From NCBI GenBank assembly GCA_964514785.1, contig CAZERR010000004.1:1-38100 (forward strand): DNA of 38,100 bases. The letters are read 5' to 3'. This DNA is from an uncultured Ruminococcus sp. (GTDB lineage Bacteria; Bacillota; Clostridia; Oscillospirales; Acutalibacteraceae). Position 1 is the first letter of the stretch; each line of letters begins with the position of its first letter. Below, in pieces: positions 8,900 to 18,471 of the stretch. A program made the position numbers and the translations under genes. A model generated the notes under the pieces. That model was given only the letters and a program-made list of their open reading frames with translations, was not told where the DNA came from and did not search any database.

Positions 8900-9789
8900 C
8901 GTTTGTTTTTTCGGGACAGGGAGCTCAGTACCCCGGAATGGGAAAGGAGCTTTACGAAAACTCGGCTGCCGCTAAGGCGGTTTTCGATATGGCGGACGGC
9001 TTAAGGGAGAATACCTCCGTTCAGTGCTTTGAGGGAACTGCCGGGGAGCTTTCGATTACCGTTAATACTCAGCCCTGCGTATTTACTGCGGATTTAGCGG
9101 CTGCCAGAGCCGTTCTTGAGAAAGGAATAAAGCCCGACTATGTTGCCGGCTTCTCTCTCGGAGAAATCGCGGCGCTCGCGTTTTCCGGAATCCTAAGCGA
9201 TGAAGAAGCGTTCAAGCTTGTTTGTAAGCGCGGAGAGCTTATGGACAAGGCGGCTAAGGCGAATCCCGGAGCTATGCTCGCGGTTTTAAAGCTTCCTGCC
9301 GATAAGATCGAAGAAATATGCTCGCGCTTTCCCAATACATACCCGGTCAATTACAACAGCCCGGCTCAGACGGTAGTCGCGACTAAGGAAGAAAACGTTG
9401 ACGCGCTTATTGAGGCGTTTTCCGAGGTTAAGGGACGCGCTAAGCGCTTAGCGGTAAGCGGAGCGTTCCATTCTCCGTTTATGGCTGAGGCTGCAGAGGG
9501 ACTTGCGGAATATATGAAGGACGTTGAGTTCAATACCCCCGAGATACCCGTATATTCCAACTATACCGCAAGCTTATATGACGGTGATTATAAGGCGCTC
9601 GTAAGAGCTCAGGTCGAAAAGCCGGTACGCTGGCAGGCTATCGTTGAGGATATGTATAAGAACGGAGTCGATACGATTATCGAGGTCGGCGTCGGCAAAA
9701 CCCTCACGGGACTTACAGGAAGAATAAATAAAGAAATAAAAGCCATTAAGGTCGAGAATATGTCCGACCTTGAAGCGTTGGAATTTTAA
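8887..9789 (+). CDS. fabD: Malonyl-CoA:ACP transacylase
   Basis: Motifs FSGQGAQY, TQP, GFSLGE, VSGAFHS. Confidence 0.93.
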   Translation: MGKIAFVFSGQGAQYPGMGKELYENSAAAKAVFDMADGLRENTSVQCFEGTAGELSITVNTQPCVFTADLAAARAVLEKGIKPDYVAGFSLGEIAALAFSGILSDEEAFKLVCKRGELMDKAAKANPGAMLAVLKLPADKIEEICSRFPNTYPVNYNSPAQTVVATKEENVDALIEAFSEVKGRAKRLAVSGAFHSPFMAEAAEGLAEYMKDVEFNTPEIPVYSNYTASLYDGDYKALVRAQVEKPVRWQAIVEDMYKNGVDTIIEVGVGKTLTGLTGRINKEIKAIKVENMSDLEALEF

Positions 9790-9800
9790 AGGAGGACGTT

Positions 9801-10544
9801 ATGGATTTTAAAGGCAAGGTAGCTGTAGTAACAGGCGGATACAGCGGAATAGGACGCGCCGTAAGCGAGAAGCTCGCTTCCTTAGGCGCCGATATCGCCC
9901 TCGCGGGAATCGGCTCGGAGGATGATAAGAACGCGGCGTTAGAGTCAATTTCTGCTTTAGGAGTTAAGGTTAAGGCGTTTGACTGCGATGTAAGCGATTT
10001 TGCCGCCGGAGAAGCGGTTGTTAAGGAGATAATCTCCGAATTCGGAAAGATCGATATTCTCGTAAACAACGCCGGTATTACGCGCGATAAGCTTATGCTT
10101 AATATGAGCGAGGCGGAGTTTGACGCGGTAATTAACGTAAACTTAAAGGGCGCGTTCAATATGACTAAGCATGTTTATAAGCCCTTTATGCGCCAGAGAA
10201 GCGGACGTATCGTAAACGTCGCTTCAATAGTAGGTATCAACGGAAACGCCGGACAGGCTAACTATGCCGCTTCGAAGGCAGGTGTTATCGGACTTACTAA
10301 ATCGGTAGCACGCGAATTAGCCGCACGCGGAGTAACGGTAAACGCTGTAGCTCCCGGTTATATAGATACCGCTATGACTCAGGCGCTTTCCGATAAGATC
10401 AAGGACGAGATCGCTGCGGCTATCCCGATGAAGAGGAGAGGACTCCCCGAGGATGTTGCGAATGTAATTGCGTTCTTATGCAGCGATTACGCTTCCTATG
10501 TTACAGGCGAGGTTATCCGCGTAGACGGCGGAATTGCAATGTAA
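9801..10544 (+). CDS. fabG: 3-oxoacyl-ACP reductase
   Basis: Motifs TGGYSGIG, NNAGITRD, GQANYAASK, VAPGYI. Confidence 0.93.
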   Translation: MDFKGKVAVVTGGYSGIGRAVSEKLASLGADIALAGIGSEDDKNAALESISALGVKVKAFDCDVSDFAAGEAVVKEIISEFGKIDILVNNAGITRDKLMLNMSEAEFDAVINVNLKGAFNMTKHVYKPFMRQRSGRIVNVASIVGINGNAGQANYAASKAGVIGLTKSVARELAARGVTVNAVAPGYIDTAMTQALSDKIKDEIAAAIPMKRRGLPEDVANVIAFLCSDYASYVTGEVIRVDGGIAM

Positions 10545-10690
10545 TATCCCGAACCGCTCTCAGGACTTGAGAGATGACTGTATTTTAACGCGAAACCCTG
10601 TTCTTTTATACCGACTGGAACAGGAAAATGCTTAAAATGATGGTTTTAATTTAATAAAAGAGTTTTTGTGTATTGAAAGGCTGTGAATAT

Positions 10691-11917
10691 ATGAGACGAG
10701 TTGTTGTTACCGGTGTAGGCGCCGTTACTCCCGTCGGAAACGATGTTCCGACTATGTGGAAAAATATGCTTAACGGCGTGTGCGGTATTGATAAGATAAA
10801 GAAGTTTGATACAGACGACCTCGCGGTTAAAATCGCGGGTGAGGTCAAGGATTTTGACCCTACGACGGTTGTTGAAAAGCGTGATTTAAGAAAGACCGAT
10901 ATGTATACCATATTTGCTCTCGCGGCGGCTAAGGAAGCCGTTGAGGACAGCGGTATTATCGGAACTGTTGATGATAAACGCCTCGGCTCATATATCGGCG
11001 CCGGTATCGGCGGACTTTACTCCTTCGTTGAGAATACCCAGAACCTGATCGAAAAAGGTCCCCGTAAGGTAAGCCCTCATTTTATACCTAAAATGATAGG
11101 CAATATAGCTACGGGTCAGGTTGCCATTAAATATAATGCAAAGGGCGTGAGCCTTTCTGTTATGTCAGCCTGCGCTACGGGTGCAAACTCGATAGGAGAG
11201 GCGTTCCATGCCGTTAAGGACGGCTACGCCGACGCAGTCATCGCCGGAGGAGCTGAGTATGTCGTACATCCGCTTACTATCGCGGGCTTCTCTAATATGA
11301 AGGCTCTTTCAACTACAGAGGACCCGAAAAAAGCTTCGATTCCCTTTGATGTTAAGCGCAACGGCTTCGTAATGGGCGAGGGCGCAGGAGTGCTTATTCT
11401 TGAGGAATACGAGCACGCAAAGGCGCGCGGCGCTAAGATTTACGCTGAGCTTTCCGGCTACGGCAACACCTGTGATGCTTACCACGTTACTGCTCCCGAG
11501 CCGAACGGCGAAGGACTTGCCGAGGCTATAAGAGTAGGCTTTAAGGAAGCCGGAGTAACTGACGACGACGTTATTTACCTTAACGCCCACGGAACCTCTA
11601 CTCCGATGAACGATAAGACCGAGACTATGGCGGTCAAGGCTGCTTTAGGCGAGAAGGCTTACGATATCAGCATAAGTTCCACTAAGTCTATGACAGGTCA
11701 TATGCTTGGAGCGACCGGCGCAATAGAGGCGATAGTTTCCGTTATGGCGCTTAAGGACGGTAAGATACCGCCGACGATCGGTACCGATGAGGTCGATCCC
11801 GAGTGCGATCTCGATTACACACTTGGTAAGGCTAAAAAGAGAGATCTTACCGTTGCCGCGAGTACAAACCTCGGCTTCGGCGGTCACGATACCTGCCTTG
11901 TATTTAAGAAAATTTAA
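10691..11917 (+). CDS. fabF: 3-oxoacyl-ACP synthase II
   Basis: Motifs [31 protein letters not shown]; start placed at the ATG after GAAAGG. Confidence 0.93.
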   Translation: MRRVVVTGVGAVTPVGNDVPTMWKNMLNGVCGIDKIKKFDTDDLAVKIAGEVKDFDPTTVVEKRDLRKTDMYTIFALAAAKEAVEDSGIIGTVDDKRLGSYIGAGIGGLYSFVENTQNLIEKGPRKVSPHFIPKMIGNIATGQVAIKYNAKGVSLSVMSACATGANSIGEAFHAVKDGYADAVIAGGAEYVVHPLTIAGFSNMKALSTTEDPKKASIPFDVKRNGFVMGEGAGVLILEEYEHAKARGAKIYAELSGYGNTCDAYHVTAPEPNGEGLAEAIRVGFKEAGVTDDDVIYLNAHGTSTPMNDKTETMAVKAALGEKAYDISISSTKSMTGHMLGATGAIEAIVSVMALKDGKIPPTIGTDEVDPECDLDYTLGKAKKRDLTVAASTNLGFGGHDTCLVFKKI

Positions 11918-11931
11918 CGGAGGAATTACTG

Positions 11932-12366
11932 ATGATTGATATAGAAACACTGAAAAAGTACATACAGGTGCTCGAGGAAAGCTCGCTCGCCGAGATCGAA
12001 ATCAGCGACGATGATGACTCGATCCGCCTGGCTAAGCCTAATGCGGATTCACCCGTTGTAGCTTTTGCTCCTAACGCTCCGGCTGCCGGACAGCCTGCGC
12101 AGGCTCCTGCCGCAGCGGCTTCCTCAGCATCCGGCAAGACGATCAAAAGCCCGATGGTAGGCGTGTTCTATGCCGCTCCGTCGCCGGACAGGCCGTCGTT
12201 TGTAAACGTCGGCGATACGGTCAGTAAGGGTGATATAGTCTGCATTATTGAGGCTATGAAGATAATGAACGAGATCCCCGCGACCGAAAGCGGTACAATA
12301 ACCGAGATCCTCGTTGAAAACGGCGACGTTGTAGAGTATGACCAGCCGCTGTTTAAGATTGGATAA
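11932..12366 (+). CDS. accB: Biotin carboxyl carrier protein
   Basis: Motifs SPMVGVFY and EAMK (biotinyl-Lys); Ala/Pro linker. Confidence 0.93.
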   Translation: MIDIETLKKYIQVLEESSLAEIEISDDDDSIRLAKPNADSPVVAFAPNAPAAGQPAQAPAAAASSASGKTIKSPMVGVFYAAPSPDRPSFVNVGDTVSKGDIVCIIEAMKIMNEIPATESGTITEILVENGDVVEYDQPLFKIG

Positions 12367-12382
12367 AAGTTTGAGGTAAATT

Positions 12383-12793
12383 ATGAATCAGGAAGAAATT
12401 AAGAAGATCATACCCCACAGGGATAATATGCTTCTTGTTCAGGAAGCGGAAAAGATTGACGATACAACCTCGCGCGGTAAGTATACGATAAGCGGAGACG
12501 AGTTCTTTTTAAAGGGACATTTCCCGGGCAATCCCGTAGTTCCGGGCGTTATACTCTGCGAGATGATGGCGCAGTCGAGTTGCGTAATGCTCGCCGATAA
12601 ATGTACAGGCAAAACTCCTTACTTTACTAAAATGGATAACGTAAAGTTCAAGGGTATGGTTAAGCCCGGCGATACACTCGAGAGCGAGTGCGTCTTAACT
12701 AGAAGCCGCGGAAGCTTCTATTTTATAAGCGCAAAGGGCTACGTTAACGGTAAGCTCTGCGTAAGCGCTGATTTTAGTTTTGCGTTAATGTGA
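12383..12793 (+). CDS. fabZ: 3-hydroxyacyl-ACP dehydratase
   Basis: Motifs IPHR, GHFPGNPVVPGVILCE, VKPGD. Confidence 0.9.
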   Translation: MNQEEIKKIIPHRDNMLLVQEAEKIDDTTSRGKYTISGDEFFLKGHFPGNPVVPGVILCEMMAQSSCVMLADKCTGKTPYFTKMDNVKFKGMVKPGDTLESECVLTRSRGSFYFISAKGYVNGKLCVSADFSFALM

Positions 12794-12815
12794 TTTATGG
12801 ATGTGAAATAAAAGA

Positions 12816-14171
12816 ATGTTTAGTAAAATACTGGTTGCCAACCGCGGTGAAATCGCGGTTAGAATCATCAGAGCCTGCCGTGAGATGGGAATAGATACGG
12901 TCGCTGTATACTCGACTGCCGATAAGGACGCTATGCACGTTCAGATGGCGGACGAAAGCTACTGTATAGGCGGAGCGAAGGTCTCAGACAGCTACCTTAA
13001 TATGCCGGCTATCTTAACCGCGGCGGTCGAAAGCGGAGCCCAGGCTATTCACCCCGGATACGGACTTTTATCTGAAAACGCTAAGTTCGTAAAGCTCTGC
13101 GAGGAATGTAATATCGAGTTTATAGGCCCTACCTCCGAGATGATAAATCTGCTCGGCGATAAGGATATGGCGCGTAAAACCATGCGCGCTGCGGGAGTTC
13201 CCGTAACTCCGGGTACCGACGTTTTAGAGGATGTCGAGAGCGCTAAGGTTCTCGCCGATGAGGTCGGATATCCGCTTCTTATTAAAGCTCGCTCGGGCGG
13301 CGGCGGACGAGGAATCCGCCTTGTAAACTCACCCGAGGAATTTGAAAACGCTTATAATAACGCTTACGCCGAAGCAGAGTCAGCTTTCGGCGACGGAGCG
13401 CTGTACATAGAAAAGTTCTTAAAGCCCGTAAAGCATATCGAGATGCAGCTTCTCTGCGATAAGCACGGAAACGCGATCTGTCTCGGCGAGCGCGAATGCT
13501 CAGTTCAAAGACATAACCAGAAGCTCATTGAGGAAAGCCCCTCGCCCTCGATTTCACCGGAAACGAGAAAGGCGATGATGGAGGCTGCGGTTAAGGCGGC
13601 TCACGCGGTCAACTACAACTCCGTCGGTACGGTTGAATTCCTCTACGATAAGGACGGCAACTTCTACTTTATGGAGATGAATACAATGCTCCAGGTCGAG
13701 CACGGGGTTTCCGAGATGGTAACCGGAATGGATATCGTGCAGTGGCAGATACGCGTCGCGGCAGGTACCGCGCTCAACCGTACTCAGGATAAGGTTTATT
13801 TCCACGGTCACGCTATCGAGTGCCGTATCAACGCCGAGGATCCCGACAACAACTACCGTCCGTCCTGCGGCAAGGTAACCGCGCTTCATGTTCCGGGCGG
13901 CTCGTTCGTGCGATTTGATACGGCTCTTTCTCAGGACTACGTTATTCCGCCGTTCTATGATTCAATGATAGGTAAGGTAATAGTTCAGGGAAGAACAAGA
14001 GAGCTTGCTATCCGCAAGATGAAAATGGCTCTTTGCGAGCTTAACGTAAAGGGCGTTAAGGTCAACCGCGATTTGATGGTTGATATTCTCTCCGACAAGG
14101 AGTTTACGGACGGAACTTATACTACTGATTTTATGGAAGATTTTGAAAAACGCAGAAAAATGCATTTCTGA
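12816..14171 (+). CDS. accC: Biotin carboxylase
   Basis: Motifs ANRGEIAVR, HPGYG, GGGGRG, ERECSVQR, ECRINAEDP, YDSMIGK. Note MNTM in place of MNTR. Confidence 0.92.
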   Translation: MFSKILVANRGEIAVRIIRACREMGIDTVAVYSTADKDAMHVQMADESYCIGGAKVSDSYLNMPAILTAAVESGAQAIHPGYGLLSENAKFVKLCEECNIEFIGPTSEMINLLGDKDMARKTMRAAGVPVTPGTDVLEDVESAKVLADEVGYPLLIKARSGGGGRGIRLVNSPEEFENAYNNAYAEAESAFGDGALYIEKFLKPVKHIEMQLLCDKHGNAICLGERECSVQRHNQKLIEESPSPSISPETRKAMMEAAVKAAHAVNYNSVGTVEFLYDKDGNFYFMEMNTMLQVEHGVSEMVTGMDIVQWQIRVAAGTALNRTQDKVYFHGHAIECRINAEDPDNNYRPSCGKVTALHVPGGSFVRFDTALSQDYVIPPFYDSMIGKVIVQGRTRELAIRKMKMALCELNVKGVKVNRDLMVDILSDKEFTDGTYTTDFMEDFEKRRKMHF

Positions 14172-14190
14172 TAAGTAAAGGATTTTTTGA

Positions 14191-15060
14191 ATGGATTTAT
14201 TTACTTTTATTAAACCGAAAAACGAGCTTGAAAAAAGCAGCGAAACCGACGTTAAAAAGCCTTTCGTCCCGGACGAAATGTGGGAAAAATGTCCCGAGTG
14301 CGGAACGCTTCTGCTCACAACTGATATCGAGGAAAATTTACGGGTATGCTCTAAGTGTAATCACCATTTTCGTCTTAACGCCCGTGAGAGAGTCGAGATG
14401 ATTGCCGACAGCGATACCTTTGTCGAGATGGATAAGGAGCTTGAGAGCGTAAATATCTTAGATTTCCCGGGCTATGACGATAAGCTTGAAAAAAGTAAAA
14501 AGTTAAGCGGCGAGCATGAAAGCGTTATCTGCGGAACCTGTAAGCTCGACGGTATCGAAACCGTTTTAGTGAGTATGAACTCAGAGTTTATGATGGGTTC
14601 TATGGGTACCGTCACGGGCGATAAGATCACGAGAGCGTTTGAGTACGCTACAGCAAACTCGCTTCCGATTATTGTGTTTACCGTTTCGGGAGGCGCAAGG
14701 ATGCAGGAGGGTATTTTATCCCTTATGCAGATGGCGAAAACCTCAGGTGCGGTTAAAATGCACAGCGACGCGGGGCTCTTATATATAACCGTGCTTACCG
14801 ACCCGACCTCGGGCGGAGTAACGGCTTCCTTCGCTATGGAGGGAGATATTATTCTTGCTGAGCCTAAGGCGCTGATCGCCTTTGCCGGACCGAGGGTTAT
14901 CGAGCAGACTATCCGCCAGAAGCTTCCCAAGGATTTTCAGACAGCTGAATTTGTTCAGCAGAAGGGCTTCGTCGATAAAGTCGTAGACAGACGTCATTTG
15001 AAGAAAACGCTTGTTAATCTGCTTAAAATTCATAATTACGGGGAGGTTGAGGCACAGTGA
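14191..15060 (+). CDS. accD: Acetyl-CoA carboxylase carboxyltransferase beta subunit
   Basis: WEKCPEC...CSKC zinc finger, MGSMG, SGGARMQEG, FAGPRVIEQT. Confidence 0.93.
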   Translation: MDLFTFIKPKNELEKSSETDVKKPFVPDEMWEKCPECGTLLLTTDIEENLRVCSKCNHHFRLNARERVEMIADSDTFVEMDKELESVNILDFPGYDDKLEKSKKLSGEHESVICGTCKLDGIETVLVSMNSEFMMGSMGTVTGDKITRAFEYATANSLPIIVFTVSGGARMQEGILSLMQMAKTSGAVKMHSDAGLLYITVLTDPTSGGVTASFAMEGDIILAEPKALIAFAGPRVIEQTIRQKLPKDFQTAEFVQQKGFVDKVVDRRHLKKTLVNLLKIHNYGEVEAQ

Positions 15061-15842
15061 GCGCATTTGATAAGGTAGCAGCGGCTCGCAGCACAAAAAA
15101 GCTTACCTCCGTTGATTATATCAACGCGCTGTTCGGCGAAAGCTTCATTGAGCTTCACGGAGACCGCAATTTTGCCGACGATAAGGCTGTAGTAGGCGGA
15201 GTCGGTATGCTCAACAACATTCCCGTCACCGTTATAGGACTTGAAAAGGGAAGAAATACCTTTGAGCGTATGGAGCGCAATTTCGGCGCGGCTCATCCCG
15301 AGGGCTACAGGAAAGCTCTGCGTTTAATGAAGCAGGCTGAAAAGTTTCACCGCCCGATCCTCACCTTTGTTGATACAAGCGGCGCATTCTGCGGAATAGG
15401 CGCAGAGGAAAGAGGTCAGGGTCAGGCGATCGCTAACAATTTAATGGAAATGATGGCGCTTAAAACGCCCGTGCTCGCGGTGTTTATCGGCGAGGGCGGC
15501 TCGGGAGGAGCTATAGCCTTAGCCGTAGCGGACGAGGTATGGATGATGGAAAACGCGGTTTATTCGGTTATCTCGCCCGAAGGCTGCGCTAGTATCCTTT
15601 GGAAGGATAGCTCTAAGGCTGCCGAGGCTGCCGAGTGCTTAAAGCTCACGGCGAAAGATTTATTCGATCTCGGCGTGATTGAACGTATTTTACGAGAGCC
15701 CGTCGCAGGTGATCAGAAGATGTTCGAGAGTTTAAAGCTGCTTATCTGCCGAACCTTTGAGAAGAACCTTGCGATCGACGGCGCAGAGCTTGCGCTTAGA
15801 AGATATAACAGATTTCGTAAAATCGGACGTCAGGAGCCCTGA
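15057..15842 (+). CDS. accA: Acetyl-CoA carboxylase carboxyltransferase alpha subunit (short form)
   Basis: Motifs ELHGDR, PEGYRKALR, AEERGQ, GEGGSGGA, SPEGCASILW; the GTG start overlaps the accD stop. Confidence 0.92.
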   Translation: MSAFDKVAAARSTKKLTSVDYINALFGESFIELHGDRNFADDKAVVGGVGMLNNIPVTVIGLEKGRNTFERMERNFGAAHPEGYRKALRLMKQAEKFHRPILTFVDTSGAFCGIGAEERGQGQAIANNLMEMMALKTPVLAVFIGEGGSGGAIALAVADEVWMMENAVYSVISPEGCASILWKDSSKAAEAAECLKLTAKDLFDLGVIERILREPVAGDQKMFESLKLLICRTFEKNLAIDGAELALRRYNRFRKIGRQEP

Positions 15843-15879
15843 CAGCGATAGGCATCTCTGGAAAAATTTACTAGATTTT

Positions 15880-15904
15880 AAACCTCGCTTAACGGCGGGG
15901 TTTT
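15880..15904 (+). terminator. Terminator of the fab/acc operon
   Basis: AAACCTCGC-ttaacg-GCGGGGTTT followed by a T-rich tail. Confidence 0.55.
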
Positions 15905-15919
15905 CCGTTTTTAAAAATA

Positions 15920-16060
15920 TTTCCAAAGGCGGCTATGGCTCTCGGGACACCCGAATAAGAAACATCGCTTAGAATTACTATTAAGGTGAAACCCGCCGTT
16001 AATTGATTTTTTATTTAGCAGAACGTTTCCAAAGGCGGCTTCGGCTCTCGGGACACCCGA
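15920..16060. repeat. Two direct copies of a 35-bp REP-like unit (15920-15954, 16026-16060)
   Basis: TTTCCAAAGGCGGCT(AT/TC)GGCTCTCGGGACACCCGA, 33/35 identical; each ends in the hairpin TCGGG-ACA-CCCGA. Confidence 0.85.
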
Positions 16061-16109
16061 GTGAATAAAAATATCACCTCAGTCCTATAATAGGGTTGAG
16101 GTGATTTTT

Positions 16110-16292
16110 ATGCTCGATTATATTAAAGAAATGCCCGAAGATTTTAAAAAGGAGCTAAGTACTAATTTCTGCGCTATGAAGTATATCCACGGCCTGCCCG
16201 ATAAAAAAAGAAAAAAGGTGTTTAAAAAGGCTGCTAAAATGAACGATTCGGAGCTTAAGGATTATGTAGCGCGTTTAGGTACCTTTATTTGA
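16110..16292 (+). CDS. Small hypothetical protein (60 aa), possibly sporulation related
   Basis: GAGGTG RBS; EMPxxFxxxLxxNxxAMxY...L pattern reminiscent of small conserved clostridial proteins. Confidence 0.6.
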   Translation: MLDYIKEMPEDFKKELSTNFCAMKYIHGLPDKKRKKVFKKAAKMNDSELKDYVARLGTFI

Positions 16293-16928
16293 CAGTTTTA
16301 TTTTCTTTAAACGAATTATACGTTTTTTGATCAGAAGATAAATTGACGGAGTAAGCGCAATAATACCAACAAGCGCGCTAAGTCTGCCGAATAATAATGA
16401 CGCAGCGCACGCAAGTGCAACTCCGATGTGAAAGTAAAGAAGAGTAAGTCCGAACACGCGGATTTTTGTAATACGGCTTTTATCCCTGTCGATGATATAC
16501 TCTATTAAGGAAGTCGCGAACTGGCGGTAATTATTGCTTGAGAAAATCGTTGAGCTTGAGTAGCCGTCAATGTACTCAAACGCCGTCCACTGAAACGCAG
16601 TCGCAAAGAAAATGGGGTAGAGGCTGATAAGAAAATTCAAGTCTTTCGGCATAAACGCAAGCGTAATAAACGCGAAAATATCAACAACAATACTGATCAT
16701 ATCCGAATGAATCCTCAGTTTTTTCGGAATGACAACCGCCGCCGCGAATCCCAGCATATAAAGGAGCGCGGCGATTATTCTAAGCAAAAGCGTATTCAAA
16801 TCGCAGTAAACGAGGTTGGACACAATGCCTATGAGGTTTAGAGTCTGAGCGTTTCCGAAAATCTCACCGAGATTGCATACCGCAAATCCGCCGAATATTC
16901 CTCCGATAACCGCCATATTGTAGTGCAT
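16275..16928 (-). CDS. YoaK/DUF1275 family membrane protein (start uncertain, may extend a few codons upstream)
   Basis: Multi-TM; FGNAQTxN, FATAFQWTAF, YSSSTIFSSNNYRQF motifs. Confidence 0.75.
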   Translation of the reverse strand: MHYNMAVIGGIFGGFAVCNLGEIFGNAQTLNLIGIVSNLVYCDLNTLLLRIIAALLYMLGFAAAVVIPKKLRIHSDMISIVVDIFAFITLAFMPKDLNFLISLYPIFFATAFQWTAFEYIDGYSSSTIFSSNNYRQFATSLIEYIIDRDKSRITKIRVFGLTLLYFHIGVALACAASLLFGRLSALVGIIALTPSIYLLIKKRIIRLKKIKLSNKGT

Positions 16929-17028
16929 AATATTACTTGTTTTAAGCTTAATTGCTATCACTTCATTTCGTTTTAAAATCATATTACTGATTATACAACT
17001 TTTAGTGGGAAATATCAAACTGAAAAAC

Positions 17029-17081
17029 TTATCGTAAAACGATAAAGAATTATTGACTTTTTATAAATAAGGTGATAGAAT
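17029..17081 (+). promoter_or_regulatory. Palindromic operator plus SigA promoter for the DUF2975-HTH operon
   Basis: TTATCGT-aaa-ACGATAA (17029-17045) just upstream of TTGACT-17-TAGAAT with an extended TG (17053-17081). Confidence 0.6.
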
Positions 17082-17103
17082 AATCTCAGAAAGGGTGATT
17101 TTT

Positions 17104-17580
17104 ATGAATAAAAAACTCGGAAAAACTTTAAGATTTATAGTCTTTATATTGGCATTTCTCGGTCTCGGAGTCTACGGGCTTGCCGTACCGTGGGCGCTTA
17201 TGAGCTTCGTTGAGGCTTATCCCGAGTTCTCGTACTTCTTTGCGCCGTGGCTCATATTCATAAGCCTTACCGCCGTACCTATGTATGCGATACTCTATTT
17301 CGGGCTCAAGGTCGGCAAGGAGATTGAAAACGACAATTCCTTTACAAAGCAAAACGTAAAGAGCCTAAAGGGAGTTTCGTTCTGCTTGATTATTGACGCT
17401 GTATTTTTCTTTATCGGAAATATATCTCTCTGGTTATGTAATATGAATTTCTTAGGCGTTGTTGCGGCGGCAACCTTCTTATGCGCTTTTATCGTATGTA
17501 TAGCCGCGGCTTTAAAAATCCTCGCAGCTCTCGTCGATAAGGCGGTCGCTATGCGCGAGGAAAACGAGAGCTATATCTGA
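17104..17580 (+). CDS. DUF2975 family membrane protein
   Basis: Four TM helices, FTKQNVKSLK, C-terminal KAVAMREENESYI; followed by a YozG-like HTH gene, as usual for this family. Confidence 0.82.
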   Translation: MNKKLGKTLRFIVFILAFLGLGVYGLAVPWALMSFVEAYPEFSYFFAPWLIFISLTAVPMYAILYFGLKVGKEIENDNSFTKQNVKSLKGVSFCLIIDAVFFFIGNISLWLCNMNFLGVVAAATFLCAFIVCIAAALKILAALVDKAVAMREENESYI

Positions 17581-17588
17581 GGTGCGGT

Positions 17589-17789
17589 ATGATTGTAATT
17601 AATATTGACGTAATGCTCGCAAAAAGAAAGATGAGCGTAACCGAGCTTTCCGAAAAGGTCGGGATAACGCTTGTTAATATGTCGGTGCTTAAAAACGGAC
17701 GCGCCAAGGGTATAAAATTTTCTACGCTTGACGCTATTTGTAAGGCTCTTGACTGTCAGCCCGGGGATATTTTGGAGTATAGGGAATAA
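17589..17789 (+). CDS. Cro/C1-type HTH regulator (YozG family)
   Basis: MIVINIDVMLAKRKMSVTELSEKVGIT..NMSVLKNGRAKGIKFSTL..IC.ALDCQPGDILEY. Confidence 0.9.
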   Translation: MIVINIDVMLAKRKMSVTELSEKVGITLVNMSVLKNGRAKGIKFSTLDAICKALDCQPGDILEYRE

Positions 17790-17793
17790 GATT

Positions 17794-18414
17794 ATGAAAA
17801 AATCACGCTTAATTATTTTTATTGCAGCTATTTTAGCAGGTAAGCTGCTTATTTCTCCTTTGGATTTATTTATTTTATCTACTTTGTTTGACCGCTCTTA
17901 TGATGCAGAACCTGCCGGATATATTGAATGCGAAAAGCATATTGACCCTTACGGTTGGATGGACAGTACCGATTACATCAAGTATAAGTATAAATCTGAC
18001 GGCGAAACACTGTTCGCTGATAATCATAATTTTTTGAAGGTAAATAAAAAAGATATTAATATTTTAGGGGAGTTTTACGATAATTTTAATAACTGGATGA
18101 ATATTGAGGAGCGTACCAATGAATTTGATATGAAAAAGGCTCAAATAACCGAGGGCGATTACTACAGGATTGAAAATTGGTGGTATGGTAAAGCCGAACA
18201 AAAGGATTGGCTTAACGAAATTAATGATGATTTAGAGGATGATGAGAACTCCGAATACAAGTTAGAAATAACACCGATTAAAGGAGAGGGGAGAATCCGC
18301 CTTATAAAAACCGACGATAAAGACGCGGTTGATTTTTCATTAAGCAGATATTATAACTTTTATTTATACGATACCGAAAGCTCGACGCTATATTATTTAC
18401 ATAATGATACATAA
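17794..18414 (+). CDS. Hypothetical membrane-anchored or secreted protein
   Basis: MKKSR followed by a hydrophobic segment; C-terminal YDTESSTLYYLHNDT; AT-rich. Start moved to ATG 17794. Confidence 0.65.
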   Translation: MKKSRLIIFIAAILAGKLLISPLDLFILSTLFDRSYDAEPAGYIECEKHIDPYGWMDSTDYIKYKYKSDGETLFADNHNFLKVNKKDINILGEFYDNFNNWMNIEERTNEFDMKKAQITEGDYYRIENWWYGKAEQKDWLNEINDDLEDDENSEYKLEITPIKGEGRIRLIKTDDKDAVDFSLSRYYNFYLYDTESSTLYYLHNDT

Positions 18415-18423
18415 ATTACGTTT

Positions 18424-18471
18424 AATAGCACAAGTGCTTATGACGAAGAAATCATAAGCGCTTGTGCTATT
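18424..18471. terminator. 20-bp-stem hairpin between convergent genes, overlapping the four-helix-bundle stop
   Basis: AATAGCACAAGTGCTTATGA-cgaagaaa-TCATAAGCGCTTGTGCTATT, with one non-Watson-Crick pair. Confidence 0.7.
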
